DNA of 64,000 bases from Alloprevotella sp. (GTDB lineage Bacteria > Actinomycetota > Coriobacteriia > Coriobacteriales > Coriobacteriaceae), in contig CAVGCW010000036.1 in the NCBI GenBank assembly GCA_963628025.1, positions 37,896 to 101,895 on the forward strand, read 5' to 3'. Of this stretch, positions 18,691-28,651 are shown one piece after another. The notes under the pieces are model-generated. The model was not told where the DNA came from, made no database searches, and saw only the letters and a program-made list of their open reading frames with translations. Each line of letters opens with the position of its first letter. The stretch's first letter is position 1. The position numbers and the translations under genes are program-made.

Positions 18691-19773
18691 ATGCACATTC
18701 CAGATAATTATCTGTCCCCGCAGACCGATGCCGTCATGGCGGTGGCGATGGTGCCCGTTTGGGTCCACTGCATCAAGAAGGTGCGCGCCACGCTCGATCG
18801 CGAGCATATGGCTTTCCTGGGCATCTGCGCCGCGTTCTCCTTCCTGCTCATGATGTTCAACGTGCCGCTGCCTGGCGGCACCACAGGCCACGCCGTCGGC
18901 GGCGCCCTCATTGCGCTGCTGCTAGGCCCCGAGGCCGCGGCTATCGCTGTCTCGGTCGCGCTGGCGCTGCAGGCGCTGCTGTTTGGCGACGGCGGCATCC
19001 TGTCCTTTGGCGCCAACTGCTTTAACATGGCCTTCGTGCTGCCGTTTGCCGCTGCTATCGTGTTTCGTGCGCTCAACAGCCGTTTGCATGGCAAGGGCTG
19101 GGGCACCTCGGTTTCGGCCGTCGTAAGCGGCTGGGTCGGCCTGTGCCTGGCGGCCCTGTGCGCGGCAATCGAGTTTGGTATTCAGCCGATGCTCTTTACC
19201 AACGCTTCGGGCGCGCCGCTGTACTGCCCCTTCCCGCTGTCCGTGGCTATTCCGGCCATGTTGATCCCGCATATGCTGGTTGCCGGCGTGATCGAGGGCG
19301 TGGCGACGGCCGCCATCTACGGTTTCATTAAGAAGACGGCGCCGAGTGTTATCGTCGGGCCCGAGGCCGTCGATGGACAGCTTGCCGGCGATGGTACTGC
19401 CAAGAAGACCTCGCTGGTCCCCACGCTCATTCTGGTCGCCGTGCTTGTCGTGGCTACGCCGTTCGGCTTGCTTGCCACAGGTGACGCATGGGGCGAGTGG
19501 GACGCCGAGGGCGCCGCGACCGCCGTTCAGGAGGCTGGTGACGACAGTCTGCAGGCTTCGGTCGGCCTCGATACCCCGACCTTTGCCGACGCTCTGCCTA
19601 CGGGTGATTACCTGCAGGCCTATTCCGAGGAGCAGGGTCTTGGCTTTGCCGGTCAGGCTGCCATGTATATCCTGTCCGGCGTGATTGGCGTGGCGGTGCT
19701 TACCACCGCATTCCGTCTGATCTCGCTGACGGTTAAGGAAAGCGGTGCTCATGGCAATAGCCGAACTGCCTAG
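18691..19773 (+). CDS. cbiM: ECF-type Co/Ni transporter substrate component CbiM/NikM with C-terminal PDGLE (CbiN-like) extension
   Basis: MHIPDNYLSP...PGGTTGHAVGG...LFGDGG motifs, plus a C-terminal GDAWGEWD segment. Confidence 0.85.
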   Translation: MHIPDNYLSPQTDAVMAVAMVPVWVHCIKKVRATLDREHMAFLGICAAFSFLLMMFNVPLPGGTTGHAVGGALIALLLGPEAAAIAVSVALALQALLFGDGGILSFGANCFNMAFVLPFAAAIVFRALNSRLHGKGWGTSVSAVVSGWVGLCLAALCAAIEFGIQPMLFTNASGAPLYCPFPLSVAIPAMLIPHMLVAGVIEGVATAAIYGFIKKTAPSVIVGPEAVDGQLAGDGTAKKTSLVPTLILVAVLVVATPFGLLATGDAWGEWDAEGAATAVQEAGDDSLQASVGLDTPTFADALPTGDYLQAYSEEQGLGFAGQAAMYILSGVIGVAVLTTAFRLISLTVKESGAHGNSRTA

Positions 19774-20587
19774 CTGGCTTGCGGTCGAGCAGCGTTACGA
19801 GCCCGTGGGGGCTCGGCATCGCGTGATGCAAAAGAATGTCCTGCACCTGGCGAGCCTGCTTGAGCGGGTTCGCCTGGGTGGGGGCGCGCACGAGGGCGGG
19901 TCGATGGTCGACCGCGCCCTTTCTTGCGTCTCGGCTCCGGTGCGCCTGGTGGGGATGTTCGTCTGCGTCCTGTGCGTGTGTCTGACGCAGAGTCCGCTGT
20001 ACCTCATGTTGATGGCGGCTATCGCGCTGGTGCTCGTTGCCGTGCGCCCCGTACGCGGGCTGCGGGCAACCTTTGTGCCGGCGTTGGCTGCCGCGGGGTT
20101 TGCCGTAGTTCTGGCGCTTCCTGCCCTGCTGCTGGGTGCTTCTGCCACGGGCGCCATGCTCAAGATTGCACTCAAGACCTTCATTAATGTGTCGCTGGTG
20201 CTGGGCGTTTCGTGGACCCTCACGTGGAGCCGAATGTCGGCGGCGCTTAAGATGCTGCATCTACCCGACGAAGTTATCTTTACGTTTGATATGGCGCTCA
20301 AGCACATCGAGGTGCTGGGTCGCACGGCGCACGATCTGTGTGAATCGGTCATGCTGCGCAGCGTTGGCCGTGCGCCTGCGGGTTTTTCGCGCACCGACTC
20401 GCTGGCGGGTATCATGGGCATGACCTTTATCAAGGCGATGGAATGCAGCCGCGCGATGGACGAGGCTATGCTGTGCCGCGGCTTTGCCGGTACGTATCCG
20501 GCGCCCGCGCGCGCCGGGTTTAGCTGGCGCGATGCGGTCTATGCGGCCGGCGTGGCGCTGCTGGCAGTGTTGTGCGCCGTGCTGTAG
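19745..20587 (+). CDS. cbiQ: ECF transporter transmembrane (T) component, CbiQ family
   Basis: Polytopic ORF overlapping the cbiM end. Conserved C-terminal ARA..RG-like region (AMDEAMLCRGF). Start is 19745 (GTG) or 19751 (ATG). Confidence 0.75.
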   Translation: MLMAIAELPSWLAVEQRYEPVGARHRVMQKNVLHLASLLERVRLGGGAHEGGSMVDRALSCVSAPVRLVGMFVCVLCVCLTQSPLYLMLMAAIALVLVAVRPVRGLRATFVPALAAAGFAVVLALPALLLGASATGAMLKIALKTFINVSLVLGVSWTLTWSRMSAALKMLHLPDEVIFTFDMALKHIEVLGRTAHDLCESVMLRSVGRAPAGFSRTDSLAGIMGMTFIKAMECSRAMDEAMLCRGFAGTYPAPARAGFSWRDAVYAAGVALLAVLCAVL

Positions 20588-20631
20588 TGTGGGCGGCCGA
20601 GCCGTCGATGTGAGTAGGGAAGGGCGACGTT

Positions 20632-21402
20632 TTGACGATCGATATGAAGAGTGCGGCGGGCACGAACGGTGCGGGCGGCGCCGAGACCACGCCGCTCATC
20701 GAGTTTCGCGACGTGGTGTTTTCCTATGCGGGGCATACGGTTGTCGATGGCGTGTCGCTGCAGGTCGATCGTGGTGAACTCGTTGCCCTGCTCGGTCCCA
20801 ACGGCTGCGGTAAGACGACGATTATGCGTCTTATTAACGGCCTTGAACTCGCGGACGCAGGGGCATACCTGTTTGACGGGTGTATGGTCGATGCGGCATA
20901 TCTCAAGGATTCCGCGACGGCCCAGCGGTTCCATCAGCGCGTGGGCTTTGTGTTCCAGAATGCCGACGCCCAGTTGTTCTGCGCTACGGTGGGTGAGGAA
21001 GTTGCTTTTGGTCCCGCGCAGATGGGGCTGCCGGTAGACGAGCTCGACCGTCGCGTGCACGATGCCATGGAACTGTTTCAAGTTGCCGACCTGGTCGATG
21101 CCTCGCCCTATCAGCTTTCGGGTGGGCAAAAGAAGCGTGTGGCGCTGGCGGCAGTCGTATCGATGAACCCCGATATCTTGGTTCTCGACGAACCTACTAA
21201 TGGGCTCGACGAGGATTCATGCGACATCGTGGTCAACTTCTTGCTGGCCTACGTCGCGGCGGGTAAGACGGTCTTGATGAGCACACATCACCAGGATTTG
21301 GTGCGACGCCTGGGTGCCCGTGCAATCTATATCGATCGATATCACCATGTGGTCGAGGCGCCTTCGCCGTCGTATGGAACCGAAAGCGGTGCTACGGACT
21401 AG
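20632..21402 (+). CDS. cbiO: ECF transporter ATPase, CbiO family
   Basis: Walker A GPNGCGKTT, signature LSGGQKKRV, Walker B ILVLDEP. Start is TTG 20632 or ATG 20644. Confidence 0.85.
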   Translation: MTIDMKSAAGTNGAGGAETTPLIEFRDVVFSYAGHTVVDGVSLQVDRGELVALLGPNGCGKTTIMRLINGLELADAGAYLFDGCMVDAAYLKDSATAQRFHQRVGFVFQNADAQLFCATVGEEVAFGPAQMGLPVDELDRRVHDAMELFQVADLVDASPYQLSGGQKKRVALAAVVSMNPDILVLDEPTNGLDEDSCDIVVNFLLAYVAAGKTVLMSTHHQDLVRRLGARAIYIDRYHHVVEAPSPSYGTESGATD

Positions 21403-21471
21403 TTGCTGCGTAGAGCGTGCGTAGCCGCCCGCGCGGCTTTGCCGTGATGGTATAGTTATCCAGGTTTTTTT

Positions 21472-22332
21472 ATGGGGGTGGCTATGCCAAGCTGGAACAT
21501 TCATATCGCTCAGACGGAGCGTTTGCTGGAGCGCACCGGTGCGCTTGCCAAGAGCGTGCGCGACCGCAATGCCTTTTTGTTTGGCTGCGTGGTTCCGGAT
21601 ATTTTCGTGGGCTATATGGTCCCTGGCATCGCCGATCCCATCCCGTACCGCATTACGCACTTTGCCAAGCCCGAGCCTATCCCTAAGCCGCGTGAGCACG
21701 AGTTCTGGGATACCTATGTGGCACCGTTGCTTAAAAGTTCGCCCACCGGTGCGCCAGCCGCGGCGACCTCGATTATCGAGGAGCGCGAGCGACTGAATCG
21801 CGTGCACTATCCCCAACGCTACAAGGATGCCGAGCCGGTTGCCGGTCCCGGTGCTAGCGAGCTTTCGCTCGCGCCCGATGACGTGGCGCAGTCGCTGCTC
21901 GATCTGACGCTGGGCGTTTGGTCTCACCTCGTGGCCGATACCGTATGGAATACGCGCGTGAATCAGTACCTGGAGGCGCACGGCGGCAAGCCGTGCGAGG
22001 AGTTCCGCATTAAAAAGCAAGGCGACTTTGACTGGTTCGGCAAGACGCTCGGCATTGTTTCGATTCCGCGCGCGACCGATCGCCTGTATACTGCGGCGAC
22101 GCGTTTTGGGCAGTATCCCATCCATAAGGAGTATGTGCTCAAGACCATCGGCGTTATGCACGAGATCGTGCGCGAAAACCCCGGTGAGCCCGACCATCCG
22201 CCATACCGCCTGCTAACCGAGGAATTCTTCGACGCAACGTTTACCGAGGTCATCGAGCTGACCGAGGCGGGTTTTGCCGCCCGTGTCGAATCGCCCGATG
22301 TGCCTGCGCTGCCCCTGATTGCTAGCTGCTAG
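21472..22332 (+). CDS. hypothetical protein, possibly zinc-dependent phospholipase C-like family
   Basis: N-terminal pattern WNIHIA...FLFGCVVPD...THF resembles the H..IA...FL.G..PD...HF start of Zn_dep_PLPC-like proteins. Alternative start at 21484. Confidence 0.45.
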   Translation: MGVAMPSWNIHIAQTERLLERTGALAKSVRDRNAFLFGCVVPDIFVGYMVPGIADPIPYRITHFAKPEPIPKPREHEFWDTYVAPLLKSSPTGAPAAATSIIEERERLNRVHYPQRYKDAEPVAGPGASELSLAPDDVAQSLLDLTLGVWSHLVADTVWNTRVNQYLEAHGGKPCEEFRIKKQGDFDWFGKTLGIVSIPRATDRLYTAATRFGQYPIHKEYVLKTIGVMHEIVRENPGEPDHPPYRLLTEEFFDATFTEVIELTEAGFAARVESPDVPALPLIASC

Positions 22333-23402
22333 CTGGCCGGCCCGGCAGTGAATAGCTCAACCCAATCGACAAGTAGCTCTTGCCGTAAGGTATCTTCGGC
22401 AATGCGCTCCTGTTTGGTCTTTGGGATGTGGGGAAGCCCGGCCTTTTTATGGATGAGCTCGGCTATGTGGTCGAAGCTCTTCTTCTCCTTGATCTGGTCA
22501 TAGGTAATTTGGATGACGTCGTAGCCCATGCTTGTGAGTGCGGTGGCGCGCTCGGCATCGGAGAGGCTCGCGGCTTCGCTGTCGTGGGCAGAGCGGCCTT
22601 GACATTCCAGAATGACGCCCATGCTGTCGGTGGCGCTTTCGATGAGGATATCGGCGTAGCAGCAGGTTTTGTCATACAGCGAACGTGCGGCTTCACTGAG
22701 CGGGATGCGCGCGTTGTTGGCGATCTCGATGCCCTGGCCGCCCTCGTCGCGGGGGAGCGAGATAAGCATGGAGGTCTGTACTTCGAAGGGCGAGGCGGCC
22801 TGCCCCGTCACGTGCTCGGCCGCCCAGCGCAGTTGTTTGACGCCGCGCAGGCCTGCGGCTTGCTTGGCGAACGCGGCGATATCCGTTGCGGTAAGAAGCG
22901 GCGTGCGCTTCCACAAGTTGGTGTCATTGCCCTTGGTGTCGTTAACTCGTTCCCAGCCGCAGTTGGGTGGAATGAACTTAAGCGAAATAGCTTCATCGAG
23001 TTGTTGTTGCGTTCGCTCGCAGGGCTTAAACACTGCAAAGGAGCCGCACATCTCGTAGCACGCCATGAGTAACTGGTTGCGTGAGACCTGCGTGGCAAGG
23101 CTGAGCAGCGTGAACTCCGGTGAAGTGACATCAAATCCATGTTCAGTCTGTCTAAACGACCCAGGAGGCGGCTCTTGGGTTAGCAGACGGCTATGAAATA
23201 GCTTTCCGTTCGCGCGCTGTTTCCTTTCACTCACGGATCTCCAAACTGGTGTGCCGAGCAAGTCTTTAAATACCGGTTGTTTTGAGTAATGCACCAAGCG
23301 ATGGTCATGGTCGGGCGGCAGGATTGCCGGATAGAGTCCCAGAATTTGGGGCGGGATGCGATAGTACTGAAAAGCCGTAGGTCCGCAGGCAAGAAATGAC
23401 AT
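22329..23402 (-). CDS. hypothetical protein with C-terminal DUF559/Vsr-like endonuclease-fold region
   Basis: The C-terminal segment ADILIE...VILECQGRSAH...ERATALTSMGYDVIQITYDQI resembles the DUF559 pattern. Confidence 0.5.
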   Translation of the reverse strand: MSFLACGPTAFQYYRIPPQILGLYPAILPPDHDHRLVHYSKQPVFKDLLGTPVWRSVSERKQRANGKLFHSRLLTQEPPPGSFRQTEHGFDVTSPEFTLLSLATQVSRNQLLMACYEMCGSFAVFKPCERTQQQLDEAISLKFIPPNCGWERVNDTKGNDTNLWKRTPLLTATDIAAFAKQAAGLRGVKQLRWAAEHVTGQAASPFEVQTSMLISLPRDEGGQGIEIANNARIPLSEAARSLYDKTCCYADILIESATDSMGVILECQGRSAHDSEAASLSDAERATALTSMGYDVIQITYDQIKEKKSFDHIAELIHKKAGLPHIPKTKQERIAEDTLRQELLVDWVELFTAGPAS

Positions 23403-23760
23403 AGCGATCCGATCGTTTGAGCGTTGTTTGGGCTAGAAAAGCTATCCGTTTCGGAAGTGCGGTGAAAAAGACAAGTAGGTCAGGCACAAGCGGTATTTAA
23501 GCCAACTTTATCAGGGGTTTTGTTGAAATAAAAGGACTTATGCTCGGGGGTAAGCAATTTTTCCCCGCACTTCCGAAAACGCGGTTGATCTGGTTCTTGC
23601 TAAAACGATTTAGCAGCGTCGGTTAAGGTGTGGGTTTGCCACCGGGCGAACACTTTTAGCGCTTGGGGCTTTATTTTTTGGGCCTCGGAGGGCGGATTTC
23701 GCGCTTTTGGTAATGAAATGGGTGCGTGCCATGCCGTGCGGTAGGCATCGGTGCACAGAA

Positions 23761-23795
23761 AAAGGGCCCGGAAGGCAATGCCTTCCGGGCCCTTT
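23761..23795 (-). terminator. terminator of pyk (bidirectional-looking hairpin)
   Basis: aaagggcccggaaggc-aat-gccttccgggcccttt, with a T-run on the minus strand. Confidence 0.75.
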
Positions 23796-23823
23796 GCAAT
23801 GCAAATCTGCTTGCAAGTGCGAT

Positions 23824-25284
23824 TTAGCGCACCTGAGCGACGTAAGCGACGTTGGTCGAGGAGACCTTGTCCTCGAGCTGGACGCTCATGCGGGGATCGC
23901 CGGCGGTAGCGACGGTCAAATCGCCAGTCTTGACGTAGCCGAGCTCCTTAGCGGTCTCGATCGCCTTGACGATCGTGCCGTTGACGGTGCCCTGGGTAAT
24001 CTCTGCCTGGTGCGGGATGACGCCCCAGTACATGTTCATCTGCTGGACGGCCCACTCGTGGCGGGAGAACGCGCAGATCGGCATGTTGGGACGGAAGTGC
24101 GAGATCAGGCGGGCAGTACGACCAGTGGTCGTCGGCACGGTGATGCACTTGGCGCCAACGGTGGTGGCCATGTTCACAGCGGACATACCCACAACGTTGT
24201 TGACGACGCGGGTGCCGTGAGCGTCAGCCGGAACCTCGAGTGGAGCGTGAGCCGGGAGGTACTTCTCGGTCTCGAGAGCAATGCTGGCCTGCATCTTGAC
24301 GGCCTCGACCGGGTACTTACCGGCAGCGGACTCGCCAGAGAGCATAACGGCGTCGGTGCCGTCGTAAATGGCGTTAGCAACGTCGGCAACCTCGGCGCGC
24401 GTCGGGCGCGGGTTCTGCTGCATGGAGTCGAGCATCTGCGTAGCGGTGATAACGGGCTTGTAGGCCGCGTTGCACTTAGCGATGATCTCCTTTTGGATGT
24501 GCGGAACGAGCTCGGGCTTGATCTCGATGCCCAGGTCGCCACGGGCGACCATGATGCCGTCGGAAGCCTCGAGGATCTCGTCGAAGTTCTCGACGCCCAG
24601 GGCGCACTCGATCTTCGGGAAGATTGTCACGTGCTCGCCACCGTTCTCGCGGCAAAGCTTGCGAATGCCGCGGACGGACTCGCCGTCACGGATGAAGGAA
24701 GCGGCGATGTAGTCGATGTTCTCGGTCAGGCCAAAGAGGATGTCCTGACGATCGCGCTCGGTGATAGCGGGCAGCGAGATGTTGACGTTGGGCATGTTGA
24801 CGCCCTTGCGCTCGCCGATCAGGCCGTCGTTCTTAACGACGCAGGTCATGTCCTGGCCGTCGACGGACTCGACCTCGAGGGCAACCAGGCCGTCATCGAT
24901 CAGGATAAGGGAGCCCTTCTCGACTTCGGAGGGCAGAGCCAGGTAGTCGAGGGAGATGTGCTCAGAGGTGCCGTGGAAATCCTCGGACGTGGGCTGAGCG
25001 GTGACGACGATCTTATCGCCGGTCTTGACGGCAACCTTCTTGCCATCGACCAGAAGGCCGGTGCGGACCTCGGGGCCCTTGGTGTCGAGCAGGATGCCGA
25101 CGGGCAGACCGAGCTCCTTGGAAATACGACGGACGCGCTCGATGCGACCGTGGTGCTCGTCGTAGGATCCGTGCGAGAAGTTAAAACGGGCGACGTTCAT
25201 GCCCGCCTTGATCATCTCACGGATGGTCTCGTCGCTATCGCAGGCGGGACCCATGGTGCATACAATCTTGGTGCGCTTGTACAT
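23824..25284 (-). CDS. pyk: pyruvate kinase
   Basis: MYKRTKIVCTMGPA...NVARFNFSHG N-terminus. 486 aa. GGAGG RBS. Confidence 0.95.
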   Translation of the reverse strand: MYKRTKIVCTMGPACDSDETIREMIKAGMNVARFNFSHGSYDEHHGRIERVRRISKELGLPVGILLDTKGPEVRTGLLVDGKKVAVKTGDKIVVTAQPTSEDFHGTSEHISLDYLALPSEVEKGSLILIDDGLVALEVESVDGQDMTCVVKNDGLIGERKGVNMPNVNISLPAITERDRQDILFGLTENIDYIAASFIRDGESVRGIRKLCRENGGEHVTIFPKIECALGVENFDEILEASDGIMVARGDLGIEIKPELVPHIQKEIIAKCNAAYKPVITATQMLDSMQQNPRPTRAEVADVANAIYDGTDAVMLSGESAAGKYPVEAVKMQASIALETEKYLPAHAPLEVPADAHGTRVVNNVVGMSAVNMATTVGAKCITVPTTTGRTARLISHFRPNMPICAFSRHEWAVQQMNMYWGVIPHQAEITQGTVNGTIVKAIETAKELGYVKTGDLTVATAGDPRMSVQLEDKVSSTNVAYVAQVR

Positions 25285-25726
25285 TCAGACCTCCATCTGA
25301 CATCGTCTTGCGCTGATAGATAAACCATAAGAAATAAAACTGAGATGATTATAACGAAATGCCGACCGAATACCCCAAAAAATCGACCGTATGCCGAATT
25401 AGAAGTTCATTTTTTGCGGTAAAAACGGTATATGAAAAAACTTTATCAACCGTTCTGACCGCTGCTATCTGGGCGATATTTCAGTTTGACGATGCGCCGA
25501 AGAAAAAACGTTTTATCAATGTTGAGCATCACACGGTCTGCATCGTTGCACTCGAGCCGTGTTTCCAATTGGAATGTTTTGGCTAGGCGCGCCGCTTTGG
25601 GGTACCATAGCCCCACTATCAACTGCCGCTCAGCACGGCAGCCTTGATGAGCCCTTGCCCTTCTCCTGGGAATTATGATCGGGCATCAATCTGCTGAGTG
25701 GCCCGAATCCCAGGAGGGGACTCTAT

Positions 25727-28408
25727 ATGCAAAAGGAATACCTGTCCGCCGCGGCGGAGGTACTCAGCGACCAAGGTGTCGATGAGAACCTCGGCCTGAG
25801 CAACGACGAGGCGTCGTCGCGCCTCGCCAAGACAGGCCCTAACAAGCTCGAGGAAGCCGAGAAGACGCCGTTGTGGAAGCGCTTCTTTGAGCAGATGGCC
25901 GACCCCATGGTCATCATGCTGATCGTTGCCGCCGTCATCAGCGCGCTCACGGGCATGGTCAAGGGCGAGGCGGACTTTGCCGATGTCGCCATCATCATGT
26001 TCGTCGTTATCGTCAACTCGGTGCTGGGCGTGGTCCAGGAGGCTAAAAGCGAGGAGGCTCTCGAGGCCCTGCAGGAGATGAGCGCGGCGCAGTCCAAGGT
26101 GCTGCGCGACGGCAAGCTCGTGCACCTGCCGAGCGCCGAGCTCGTGCCTGGTGACGTGATCATGCTCGAGGCGGGCGACTCCGTCCCGGCCGACTGCCGC
26201 GTGCTCGAGAGCGCCACGATGAAGATCGAAGAGGCTGCACTCACCGGCGAGTCCGTGCCGGTTGAGAAGCACACCAACGTGATTGAGCTCGCCGCGGGCA
26301 CCGACGACGTGCCGCTCGGCGACCGCAAGAACATGTGTTATATGGGTTCCACCGTGGTGTACGGTCGCGGTCGCGCCGTCGTGGTCGGTACCGGTATGAA
26401 CACCGAGATGGGCAAGATTGCCGGCGCCCTGGCCGAGGCCAAGGAAGAGCTCACGCCGTTGCAGGTGAAGCTCGCCGAGCTCAGCCGCATCCTTACCATC
26501 ATGGTTATCGTCATCTGCGTCGTCATCTTTGGCGTTGACATCATCCGTCACGGCGTGGGCAACGTTCTTACTGACCCGACTGCCCTGCTCGACACCTTTA
26601 TGGTTGCCGTCTCGCTCGCCGTCGCCGCCATCCCCGAGGGCCTGGTCGCCGTCGTGACCATCGTGCTTTCGCTCGGCGTGACCAAGATGGCCAAGCGCCA
26701 GGCAATTATCCGCAAGCTTTCTGCTGTCGAGACGCTCGGCTGCACGCAGACCATCTGCTCCGACAAGACCGGTACCCTTACCCAGAATAAGATGACCGTC
26801 GTCAAGCACGAGCTCGCTGCGCCCAAGGAGAAGTTCTTGGCCGGCATGGCGCTGTGCTCCGATGCCCAGTGGGACGAGGAGCTGGGCGAGGCCGTGGGCG
26901 AGCCGACCGAGTGTGCGCTCGTCAACGATGCCGGCAAGGCTGGTCTTACTGGCCTGACTGCCGAGCACCCGCGCGTGGGCGAGGCGCCGTTCGACTCGGG
27001 CCGTAAGATGATGTCCGTGGTCGTCGAGACCCTGGACGGCGAGTACGAGCAGTACACCAAGGGCGCGCCCGACGTGGTGATCGGCCTGTGCACCCATATC
27101 TACGAGGGCGATAAGGTCGTCCCCCTGACCGAGGAGCGTCGCGCCGAGCTCGTGGCAGCCAACAAGGCCATGGCCGACGAGGCCCTGCGCGTGCTGGCGC
27201 TGGCGAGCCGCACCTACACCGAGGTTCCCGCCGACTGCAGCCCCGCTGCGCTCGAGCATGACCTGGTTTTCTGCGGTCTGTCCGGCATGATTGACCCGGT
27301 CCGCCCCGAGGTGGCCGACGCTATCCGCGAGGCGCACGACGCCGGTATCCGCACCGTCATGATCACGGGCGACCACATCGACACCGCCGTGGCCATCGCC
27401 AAGCAGCTGGGCATCGTCGCCGATCGCAGCCAGGCTATCACCGGTGCCGACCTCGACCGCATGAGCGACGAGGAGCTCGACGCGCACATCGAGGACTACG
27501 GCGTGTACGCCCGCGTCCAGCCCGAGCACAAGACGCGCATCGTCGAGGCTTGGAAGTCGCGCGACCAGATCGTCGCCATGACGGGCGACGGCGTCAACGA
27601 TGCCCCGTCCATCAAGCGCGCCGACATCGGCGTGGGCATGGGCATCACCGGCACCGACGTTACCAAGAACGTTGCCGACATGGTGCTTGCCGACGACAAC
27701 TTCGCCACCATCATCGGTGCCTGCGAAGAGGGCCGTCGCATCTACGACAACATCCGCAAGGTCATCCAGTTCCTGCTTTCGGCCAACCTTGCCGAGGTCT
27801 TCTCGGTGTTCATCGCCACGCTCATCGGTTTTACCATCTTCCAGCCGGTGCAGCTGCTGTGGGTGAACCTGGTTACCGACTGCTTCCCTGCGCTCGCGCT
27901 GGGCATGGAGGACGCCGAGGGCGACATCATGAAGCGCAAGCCGCGCAACGCCAAGGACGGTGTCTTTGCCGGACATATGGGTCTGGACTGCGTGGTCCAG
28001 GGCCTGATCATCACCGTGCTGGTGCTGGCGAGCTTCTTTGTGGGCGTGTACTTTGACATGGGCTACATCCACATCGCCGATATGATTGCCGGCAATGCCG
28101 ACGAGGAAGGTGTGATGATGGCGTTCATCACGCTCAACATGGTCGAGATTTTCCACTGCTTCAATATGCGCAGCCGTCGTGCGTCGCTGTTCACCATGAA
28201 GAAGCAGAACAAGTGGCTGTGGGCTTCTGCCGCGCTGGCACTGGTGTTGACGGTGATCGTGACCGTGCAGCCGACGCTTGCCGAGATGTTCTTCGGCCCT
28301 GTGACGCTTGAACTCAAGGGCGTTCTTGCCGCGCTGGGCCTGGCCTTCCTGATCATCCCGCTGATGGAGATCTACAAGGCGATCATGCGCGCGGTCGAGA
28401 AGGAGTAA
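25727..28408 (+). CDS. cation-translocating P-type ATPase (PMCA/PacL-like, Ca2+-type)
   Basis: DKTGTLT phosphorylation motif, TGES, MITGD, and the GDGVNDAP hinge. 893 aa. Confidence 0.95.
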   Translation: MQKEYLSAAAEVLSDQGVDENLGLSNDEASSRLAKTGPNKLEEAEKTPLWKRFFEQMADPMVIMLIVAAVISALTGMVKGEADFADVAIIMFVVIVNSVLGVVQEAKSEEALEALQEMSAAQSKVLRDGKLVHLPSAELVPGDVIMLEAGDSVPADCRVLESATMKIEEAALTGESVPVEKHTNVIELAAGTDDVPLGDRKNMCYMGSTVVYGRGRAVVVGTGMNTEMGKIAGALAEAKEELTPLQVKLAELSRILTIMVIVICVVIFGVDIIRHGVGNVLTDPTALLDTFMVAVSLAVAAIPEGLVAVVTIVLSLGVTKMAKRQAIIRKLSAVETLGCTQTICSDKTGTLTQNKMTVVKHELAAPKEKFLAGMALCSDAQWDEELGEAVGEPTECALVNDAGKAGLTGLTAEHPRVGEAPFDSGRKMMSVVVETLDGEYEQYTKGAPDVVIGLCTHIYEGDKVVPLTEERRAELVAANKAMADEALRVLALASRTYTEVPADCSPAALEHDLVFCGLSGMIDPVRPEVADAIREAHDAGIRTVMITGDHIDTAVAIAKQLGIVADRSQAITGADLDRMSDEELDAHIEDYGVYARVQPEHKTRIVEAWKSRDQIVAMTGDGVNDAPSIKRADIGVGMGITGTDVTKNVADMVLADDNFATIIGACEEGRRIYDNIRKVIQFLLSANLAEVFSVFIATLIGFTIFQPVQLLWVNLVTDCFPALALGMEDAEGDIMKRKPRNAKDGVFAGHMGLDCVVQGLIITVLVLASFFVGVYFDMGYIHIADMIAGNADEEGVMMAFITLNMVEIFHCFNMRSRRASLFTMKKQNKWLWASAALALVLTVIVTVQPTLAEMFFGPVTLELKGVLAALGLAFLIIPLMEIYKAIMRAVEKE

Positions 28409-28419
28409 CGTTCTCGTCC

Positions 28420-28507
28420 GGGCCCGCCCCACGCCCTTTCTCCCTCACTGGTCCTCGCGCTTCGCGCTGCGGGATCGTTCGGGAGAAAGGGCTTCCGGGG
28501 CGGGCCC
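28420..28507. other. long imperfect stem-loop (11+11 bp arms) between the ATPase gene and rsgA
   Basis: gggcccgcccc..ccctttctccc pairs with gggagaaaggg..ggggcgggccc. No T-run follows. Confidence 0.5.
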
Positions 28508-28651
28508 TGCGGTATCCTTGCTGGCTTTTCTCCCGTGCGGATGAAAAGGGCTGAGGGAAAGTGTGTGAGTCGGTCGAGCGGTTGCTCGACCGACTCTTTT
28601 TTGTGGGTAAAATACCTGCTCAGTTGTGATTTTGGGTGCTGGGAGGCATTT

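Noticed and set aside
22329-22332. 4-nt overlap of the stop codons of the convergent genes 21472-22332(+) and 22329-23402(-), with no terminator between them.
   Set aside because: It is real in the sequence but unremarkable. Convergent stop-codon overlaps occur by chance, and I see no structure suggesting regulation.
25359-25586. 75-aa ORF in the AT-rich divergent promoter region between pyk and the P-type ATPase gene.
   Set aside because: It has no RBS, its composition is unlike the other genes, and it lies in a region best explained as two divergent promoters.
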